Shown here one piece after another: positions 9,301-18,300 of a stretch of 35,263 nucleotides of DNA. The first letter of the stretch is position 1, and each line of letters begins with the position of its first letter. The notes under the pieces are model-generated. The model did no database searches and had not been told where the DNA came from. It saw nothing but the letters and a program-made list of their open reading frames with translations. This stretch comes from Mariprofundaceae bacterium (GTDB lineage: Bacteria; Pseudomonadota; Zetaproteobacteria; Mariprofundales; Mariprofundaceae). The translations under genes were made by a program, and so were the position numbers. The stretch is taken from positions 1 through 35,263 of the forward strand of contig JALVTX010000144.1 of NCBI GenBank assembly GCA_027035825.1. The letters run 5' to 3'.

Positions 9301-12300
9301 TGGCGCTGGATGTGCAGAAGGCTCTGGATGCGGCTTTTGGAGCCAATGTGGTGAAGGCTTCCTACAATGGCAGTCGCATTATTCTGGAGGCGGTGAATCC
9401 GGCGAATACGACGAATGCCGCGGGGGTGACCACCAGCGTCAGTCGAGCCATCGAAGTGGGCGCGGCCTTGGGGAATACGGCCTACACGGAAATGGGATTG
9501 CCGCCCGCCACGCTTGCAAGCAATGCGACATTCAATGTGACGGTGACGACGCCTTCAACTGGCGCGAAGGCGAGCAAGGCCATCACGGTCACGTCTGGAA
9601 CTACTGGAACCAACAAAACCATTGCCGATCTGACCGCCGACGTGCAGGCGGCGCTGGACATGGCATTTCATGGCCAGTTGCGCGGTGGGGCCATCGCGCT
9701 GGGGCTCGGCCCGAATCCCTCGCCGGTTGATTTCAACGCGCTGATGGCGCGGGATCAGACCTTCCAGATGCAGGTTCAGGGTGTCGCCAATCCGGTTCAG
9801 GTTACGTTGACGGCTGCTGCTGGTAACGGCGTTTTGTCCACGCTCAGGACAAATCTGCAAACCGCCGTGACGAATGCCGTCAACGCGGCCATTGCGGCCG
9901 GAAATATTCCCGCGGGCACGGTGGTGACGGTAAGCCTGAACGGCGACGTGGTGTCGTTGACGGCCAGGGACGCCGCGGGGAATCCCCTGAACGTGAGCGT
10001 GCTGCAACCGGACGTGGTTGCATCGCATCAGGGCGGGCGCATCGTCCTCAACGCCACGCCGACGACGAAGACGACCAGCACGACGAACGCCAGCGGCGTG
10101 ACCGTCACGAGCACTACCAGCGTGCCCCGCGAGTTGAGCGTGACGGCCTTGCCAACGGATTCCGCCTATGCGGTGCTGGGGCTGTTGAATTATCCCACGC
10201 CGGCCAATGGCCAGCTTTCCGGCGACGCCGAGTTCAATATCAAGATCAATGGCGTGAACCATGCGGTGATCGTGACGGCGGCGAACACGAATGGGGCAGC
10301 TCCCGGAACGACGGCCAACGTCTCCATCGCGGATTTGGTGGCCGATGTCAACGCGGCGCTCGCGAACGCCGGCATCGGCGGCCAGGTCAGGGCGGTTCAG
10401 GTGAAGGATTCCGGCGGCAATCTCACCAATGCCTTGGGTTTTGAGTCCATCGCGGGGGCGGGCGTCAACAGTCTGGTGATCTCCGTGCCGAAATACCTGA
10501 GCGGCAGCGGCGTCACCGCCGGGGCCAGCAATAACGCGGCCGTGAACGAGCTTGGCTATGATCCGAATGCGGACATTGTGCAGAAAGGCCGCGCCACCGA
10601 CTTCTTCGTGGACAAGGCGGCGCTTTCCGGAACCGTGACATTCGACATGAGCAAGATTTCCGGTTCGGCACACTTCGGATTCCTTGGCGTGGACATGGCC
10701 AGTTCCGCGGGCGATGCCATCAGCGGAACGGCAAGCCTGAATCTGGTGAACCCGACGGCCCTGGGCGGCGGAAGGCGCGTGTTACTGTCCACGCTGGTCA
10801 GCCATCTCAAGAGCGGGACGATTCGCGACGTGGTGACGGGCAGCCTCAAGGGCAACGTCAACGTGAATTTGGTGCTGACGCCGCAGGCCGGCTTTTTCAC
10901 GGGCGCTGTTCCCCAAGCCCGGTTCAGCATCGGCCTGTCCAGTTTCGACTGGCTGAACAACAGGGTCATCAACACGGGAACGCCGACGGCGGGTCAGCTG
11001 AAGGTGAATACGAACCTGAGCATGATTTCCGGCCAGCTCAGCGATTTCACCAATTTCAGGCACATGGGATTCGCCGACATCATCGCGGCGCTGAATCAGG
11101 CGGTGAATTATCTGCACCAGACCGAGGGCACCACGGCGGGAGGCGGCTCGGCAGGGTCGGCCCTGGTGGGGCTGCTGGACAAGAAGATTCCCGTGATCGA
11201 CCAGAGCGCGACCGACCTTATCGGGTTGGCGGACAGGTTCGCGCGGGTCGTGACCCAGCTTCAGAATCAGCAGGCCGATTCGATTCAGGCGGCGGATCGG
11301 TTCATCAAGCAGGCATTGGGCCTGCCGCTGTTCCAGGCGGGAACGACCACGCCGACCGCGCCCGTGATTCGCTTTGACACGTCGATTATCGGCACGCAGA
11401 CGCTTCGTCTGGATTTGCCGTTCACGGTGTCCCTGAACAAGCATGTGCCGCTCGTTCTCGACCTGGCGCAGCTTGGCAGCCTGGCGGGCGTGACGTTTCC
11501 TTTGAAAATGAAGAAGTTCGTCGGCGTCAGTTCCACCGGCGATCTGAACCTGAGCGCCACGGCCACGTTGAATCTGGCTCTTGGCATGGAGATTGTCGGC
11601 ACGGGCGCCAGCGTGACATTCACGCCATTCCTCTACACCGGCGCGGGCAATACGAAACTGGACTTCACGGTGGCGGCCACCGGGACGAATCTCAATTTTA
11701 CCGCCCAGGCGGGGCCGTTCGGCATTCATGTCATCAATGGCTCGGCCAGCGCCAGCGAGGGCATTTCGTTCACCATGAAGGATGCGACCGGAACCGGACG
11801 GCATCTGTTCTCGGCCGGATTCTCCGCGGCTGACTTCAATGTCGGCGCGCCCACGGGCGCGGCCAGCGCCTCATTGCCCACTTTCTTCCCCAGCGCGTCC
11901 ACGCCCATTGGCGGCGCGGGCAACAATCTGTTCACCCTTGACGTGAAGTCGGTGAATGGATTGTTTGACCAGGTGTCGTTCCCGAAGGTGCCTTCCTTCG
12001 GCGGCCTGGTTGCGCTTACGCCGTTGGGCATGTTGAGTAATCCGGCAATCCTGATTGACGGTCTGGATATGCTGCTGCTCACCCTTCAGGATGCGCTCAA
12101 TTCGCAGGTGTTGAATGCCAGTTTGCCGTTTGTCGGCCAGGCATTGGAGCCGGCGTCGCAGTTTATTTCCGGCTTCCGCACCGATGTGTTGGCGCCGCTC
12201 AGCCTGAATCTCCGCGCCGCGGGCGGCTCGGCCGACCAGATCGTCGCCAACACATTGTTCAATGTGTTCGGTTCCGCGGCTGATGGCGCGGTCAAGCAGT

Positions 12301-15300
12301 TCGGCCTTGGTCAGCTTGGTTATCTCCAAGATATCAACGGTGATGGGGTGGTGAACCGGAATGATATCCAGACCAGCGGGTTCGGCCTGACGGATACATT
12401 CGGGCAGTTTGATTTCGTGATTGGCGACACCTATTGGGTGAAGGCGCCGACAGGGTTTGACCTTGGCGTTCCCGGGTTCAATCTCAGCATCGACGCCAAT
12501 GTGCTTCTTTCCATTGACTGGAGCATCCGCTTCAGCTTCGGCGTGGACCAGAACAAGGGGTTCTACTTCTACACCTCGAACAACAAGCCGGTGGTGCAGT
12601 TCAACAACATCAAGGGCGGCAATGAACTGCTGCCGGGGGGCACGCCGTTCGCCCAGCCCAATGAAATCAACATTACGGCGACGGCGCAACTGGTGTCCCG
12701 CAATTACACTGGGCCATCCAGCGGCACGGGCCCGTTGCCGGTCAGCGCCACGCCGGCCAGCGCCACAGGCACGCTTGGATTCCTGAAGCTGAAGTTGACG
12801 GATGGAGCGGGAACGGCCAAGAAGATTGCCAATGAAACCACGGCCAGCAACAAGACCCGCGTGGTGGCCGGGTTCTCCGTGGATGTGAAGGATCCGAACA
12901 ACGATGGATTCCTGACGTTTGCAGAAATGACGGCGCCATCCACGTCGTTTTCCAGCCTCCTGTCCACCACGAAGTCTGGCGGTGCGTTCCTCGGCCTGAA
13001 AACCAGGGTGGATTTCAGCGGCCTGAACATCAACCCGATTCCAGGCGTCAGCTTGGCCTCGCTATTGCCGAGCATGAGCTTTGATTTCGCCGGGCAATGG
13101 GATTTCTCCAGGAATTTCCAGATCAAGAAACCGACCGCGTTGGGTGGCGCTCTGGTTTCCCTCCAGTTCCAGAATATCCAGATGGATGCGGGTTCGCTCA
13201 TCAAGGGCTTCATCGGCCCATTCCTGGATCAGATCAAGGTTACCATCGGCCCGCTGGACTGGCTGCTAGGGCCGACGGGCATGCTGAACATGCGAATCCC
13301 GATGATTTCCGACCTGATGGGGCGGAGCATCAACCTGAATACGCTGGCCTCATGGTTTGGCACGGCCAAGTTTCAGGCCTTGCTGGATACCATTCAGAAC
13401 ATTTACAACCTCATCAGCATGGCGGCGAAGCTGCCATCCGCCGGGCTGGGAAACATCGGGTTCGGCAGTATTGATTTTTCCGGAATTGATTTCACGAATG
13501 TGAAGAACTTGAGTTTGCTGATTCCCAGCATGACCAATCCTCTGGTGGCGAACGAAACCACGATGAATTCACAAGCCAGAGGCTTTGTGGCTTCCGCAAG
13601 AGGCGGTGGCATCACGCTGGATATTCTGAAAGCAAGCAATGTGTTCCAGTTGTTGCTGGGCAAGCAGGACGTGAATCTGATTACGTTCAATCTGCCGAAG
13701 GCATCGCTGGCCTTTAACTATCTCCAACGTTTCCCGATATTCCCGCCTCTGTTTGCCACGCTGCAAGGCGGCTTCTCGGCCTCGGCCGATCTGGCCATAG
13801 GTTATGATACGCGCGGTCTGGCACAGTTTGGCGTTTCCCATAATCCGAACGCGCTCATCAATGGCTTCTTCTTCCACGATCTGAATCTGACCACCGGCGT
13901 GGATCAGCCCGAGGCAGTGTTGAACGGTTCTATTGCCGCCGGAGCGCAGATTTATGGAGGCATCGTTTCAGCTGGCGTGGCGGGTGGCATCAACGCGCAC
14001 GTGAATTTCAACTTCAATGATCCCAACCGCGATGGCAAGGTGCGCTTGGGCGAGATGGCGGCCAACATGCAGGCCAATGGCAATAATCCGCTGGCGATTT
14101 TCGATATCAGCGGCGCCGTGGACTGGTTCTTCCGGGCCTACGCGAAGGTGGGGGTCACCGTCTTTGGAAAATTCATCGGTTGGCAGAAATCATGGAATCT
14201 CGGTGGCGGCACGATCTTCAATTTCAATATCGGCTTTGCCCGGCCCGGCGTGGCGGCGCAAAAGGTGGGCTCTGAATTATGGGTAAATGTCGGCCCGAAC
14301 GCGGCCGACCGCATTCAGGGCAATGTGTCCGATATCAACGAGCATGTAAAAGTGAGCCTAGGAACCGGCCTTCATGCCGGGCAATACCATGTGCAGGTGC
14401 TCAATCGCGATACTGGCGCCATGTTGGCGGACAGCTATTTGTCCACTGCTGGCGTCAATAAGCTGGTGATTGACGGCGGCGCGGGCAATGACTGGATTGA
14501 AGTGAATGGCATTACCAAGCCGATCGAAGTGCATGGCGGCACGGGCGACGACACCATTACCATTACCGGCGCGACGGTTGGATTGAATGCCACGACGAAC
14601 AAGCCGCAAATCAATGTGTTTGGCGATGATGGAAATGACACGATTAATCTTGCCGGCAGTTCGGGGGCGGCGCTGATTCGCGGCGGCAAGGGGAACGATA
14701 CGATTACAGGCGGCTCCGGCGCGGATCAGCTCTATGGCGAGGGAGGCAATGACACGCTGAATGGCGGCGCGGGCAACGATCAGCTGACCGGCGGCTTGGG
14801 CAATGACAGGCTGGCTGGTGGCTCGGGGAACGATACGTATTTCTTCGCCAACAACTTTGGCAAGGATGTCGTGAATGATGCGGGGGGAACGGGCGATACC
14901 TGGGACTTCTCCAAGGTGACCACGGACATCAATTTCACGCTGAATGCATCGGGAACGAAGGCGGAGGTAACGACCAGTAAGGGCACCGTGACCGACAGCG
15001 TGACCGAGCAGATGAATTTGCTGGCCGTGGAGAATCTTCTGGGCAGCAGGGGCGCGGATACCTTCGATGTGTTTAATGTGGGCGCGAACAACCTGACGCT
15101 GAATGGCCAGGGCGGATCGGACACCTATATCATGAATGCGCCGTTAACTACGGCGGGCGGGCAGGTCGTCCTGAATGACACCGGCAACCTTTGGGACAGG
15201 GATGCGCTGGTGACCAAGGGAACGGCGAGTGGAGACGCATTCACGGTGACCGATCAGTCCATCACGATTGGGGTTGGGCTTAATGCAAGCTCAGTGAATT

Positions 15301-18300
15301 TCGGCACGGGCGGCGGCATCGAAACGATGGAAGTGCTCGGGTTTGGCGGCAACGATACCTTCAATGTCCTGGCCACGCCGAAAAGCATGAGCGTGACGCT
15401 GGATGGCGATGCGGGTGCGGATGTATTCAACATCGGGACTTCAAATGCCGGGTTTGTGCTGAATGGTGGTGCGGGCGCCACGGTGTTTGGTCTCAACGGC
15501 ATCCAGGGTAATCCGCAGCTTACAGGCAACCTTTTCATCAAGGGCGGTAGCGCCGCCGCGGGCACGCCCGTGGAGACCGATGTTCTGAACGTCTCCGATG
15601 CATTCGATGCGACCGCCAACACGGGCGCCATGACCGACAGCCTGATCACGGGCCTTGGCATGCAGGTCGGGATTGATTATGCGACTATTGAAACATTGAA
15701 CATTTTGCTGGGCTCCGCTGCAGATACCTTCACCGTGCAGAATACGATGGGCGGAACCACGAATGTGTTCGGAAACAATGGATCCGACATTCTGGATGTC
15801 CGGAACGCGGCGGGAGTGTTCATGGCGGACGGCGGCGCTGGCGCCGATGTAATTACCCTGCATTCCACCGCCTTGGCGACGAACGCGACATTGCTGGGGA
15901 AGGCCGGCAACGATCAATTGAACGTGCTGGCCGCCGCCGGGCCGACGGCGATTGGCGGCGGGACTGGCAATGATGTTGTGACGCTTGGCAGCAAGGCGCC
16001 GCTGGCGACGGGTGGAGTGGTTGACAACATATCGGGCCTGGTGACGGTGAGCGGCGACGCGGGCCAGGATGTTCTGAACGTGGACGACAGCGGCGATGCC
16101 AAGGGCAACGCGGGAGTTCTGACGGGGACGAGCCTGACGGGCTTCGGGATGGCGAAGGGCGTGCGGTATGGCACGGTGGAGACGCTGAATCTGAACCTTG
16201 GCGGCGCTGCGGACATGCTCACCGTGCAGAGCACGATGGGTGGTTCGACGAACGTATATGGCAATGGCGGATCGGATGTGATTGACATACGCAGCGCTTC
16301 GGGCGTGTTTGTGTCGGATGGCGGAGCTGGCGCTGATGTGATGACGCTTCATTCGTCGGTTTTGGGTTCGACGGTGACGATGCTCGGTCGGGGGGGGGCG
16401 GATCAGTTGAATGTTCTGGCCGCGTCTGGCGCGACGATCATGGACGGCGGCGCGGGCAATGATGTTGTGACGCTTGGGAGCTTGGCTCCGCAGACGCAGG
16501 GCGGGGTTGTTGACAACATTTTGGGCCTGGTGACGGTGATTGGCGGAGCCGGTCAGGATGTTTTGAACGTGGATGACAGCGGCGATGCCAAGGGCAACAC
16601 GGGTGTTTTGACGGGAACGAGCCTGACGGGTCTCGGGATGGCGAAGGGTGTGCAGTATGGCACGGTGGAGACGCTGAATCTGAACCTTGGCGGCGCTGCG
16701 GGGGCGGTGAGCCAGCTGGATATTCGTGGCACGAGCGCGTTGACGAATGTGGTTGGGGGCTTGGGCGGCACGACGTTCAATGTCAGCTCGGATGCTCCGA
16801 TGAACGCGGGCATTCTTGATGGCATTCAGGGTGTTTTGAACATTACGTCCAATGGCGCGGATACGTTGAACATCAGCGATCTGGGTCGTGTGTTGCCGGA
16901 CACGGTGACGATATCCAGTCAGACGGTGACGGGTCTTTCGCATGCGGCCATCAACTATTTTGAGGGCTTGGGCCGCTTTTCTGGCGGGATTAACATCAAT
17001 ACGGGTCAGGGCGCTGATGCGGTGACGGTTCTGAGCACGTTGGCGGGTGACGTCACATCCCTGTGGACGAATGGCGGATCGGATGTGATTGACATACGCA
17101 GCGCTTCGGGCGTGTTTGTGTCGGACGGCGGCGCGGGCAATGATGTTGTGACGCTTGGGAGCTTGGCTCCGCAGACGCAGGGCGGGGTTGTTGACAACAT
17201 TTTGGGCCTGGTGACGGTGATTGGCGGAGCCGGTCAGGATGTTTTGAACGTGGATGACAGCGGCGATGCCAAGGGCAACACGGGTGTTTTGACGGGAACG
17301 AGCCTGACGGGTCTCGGGATGGCGAAGGGTGTGCAGTATGGCACGGTGGAGACGCTGAATCTGAACCTTGGCGGCGCTGCGGGGGCGGTGAGCCAGCTGG
17401 ATATTCGTGGCACGAGCGCGTTGACGAATGTGGTTGGGGGCTTGGGCGGCACGACGTTCAATGTCAGCTCGGATGCTCCGATGAACGCGGGCATTCTTGA
17501 TGGCATTCAGGGTGTTTTGAACATTACGTCCAATGGCGCGGATACGTTGAACATCAGCGATCTGGGTCGTGTGTTGCCGGACACGGTGACGATATCCAGT
17601 CAGACGGTGACGGGTCTTTCGCATGCGGCCATCAACTATTTTGAGGGCTTGGGCCGCTTTTCTGGCGGGATTAACATCAATACGGGTCAGGGCGCTGATG
17701 CGGTGACGGTTCTGAGCACGTTGGCGGGTGACGTCACATCCCTGTGGACGAATGGCGGCAATGACGTGGTGACCGCATCCAGCACAGCCGCCAATGGGCT
17801 TCTCATCGTTTTCGGAGGCGAGGGAAGCGATACGGTGAATGCCTCCTCGTGGAACCGGGGGATGGTGGCTTTTGGCGATTACGGCATGGTGCAGTACGCG
17901 GGCTCTGTTCGTAGGCCGGATAGCATTGTTGCCGCCAGTTCGCTCAATCCGGGTTCGGGCGGCAATGACGTCTTGTCCGGGGGAAGCGGCAACGATGTTC
18001 TGATTGGGGGCTTTGGGAACGAGGTATTGTCCAGCGGACGGGGGAATGATGTTCTGATTGGCGATTCCGGCGAGGTGTTGTTTGTCAATGGACGCTTCTC
18101 TCAGGCATCCACTACCGATTTTTTGGTTGGCGGGGCGGATACGCTAATCAGCGGAGCCGGCAACGATGTGCTGCTCGGCGGCTTCGGGAAGGATGTGTTC
18201 ATCGGCAATCTTTCGCGGGACGTGATGATTGGCGACAATGGGCGCATCACGATGCACAATGGCAAGGTGACGACCGTGGTGACGTTCGCCCAGGCGCCGC

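Noticed and set aside
15441-17624. 727-aa minus-strand ORF, plus other long antisense ORFs inside the giant gene (7743-8918, 9555-10673, 10782-11804, 11871-12689)
   Set aside because: These lie antisense to a 12.5-kb ORF that has clear domain content. Their translations are Arg/His/Ala/Gln-rich low-complexity sequence, and internal repeats simply mirror the sense-strand duplication. No independent coding evidence.
16263-17758. Identical direct repeats considered as a CRISPR array, IS element ends or a mobile insertion
   Set aside because: The units are 681-807 bp, directly abutting, in frame and fully inside one ORF. There are no short repeat/spacer periodicity, terminal inverted repeats or transposase. 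This is an intragenic duplication.
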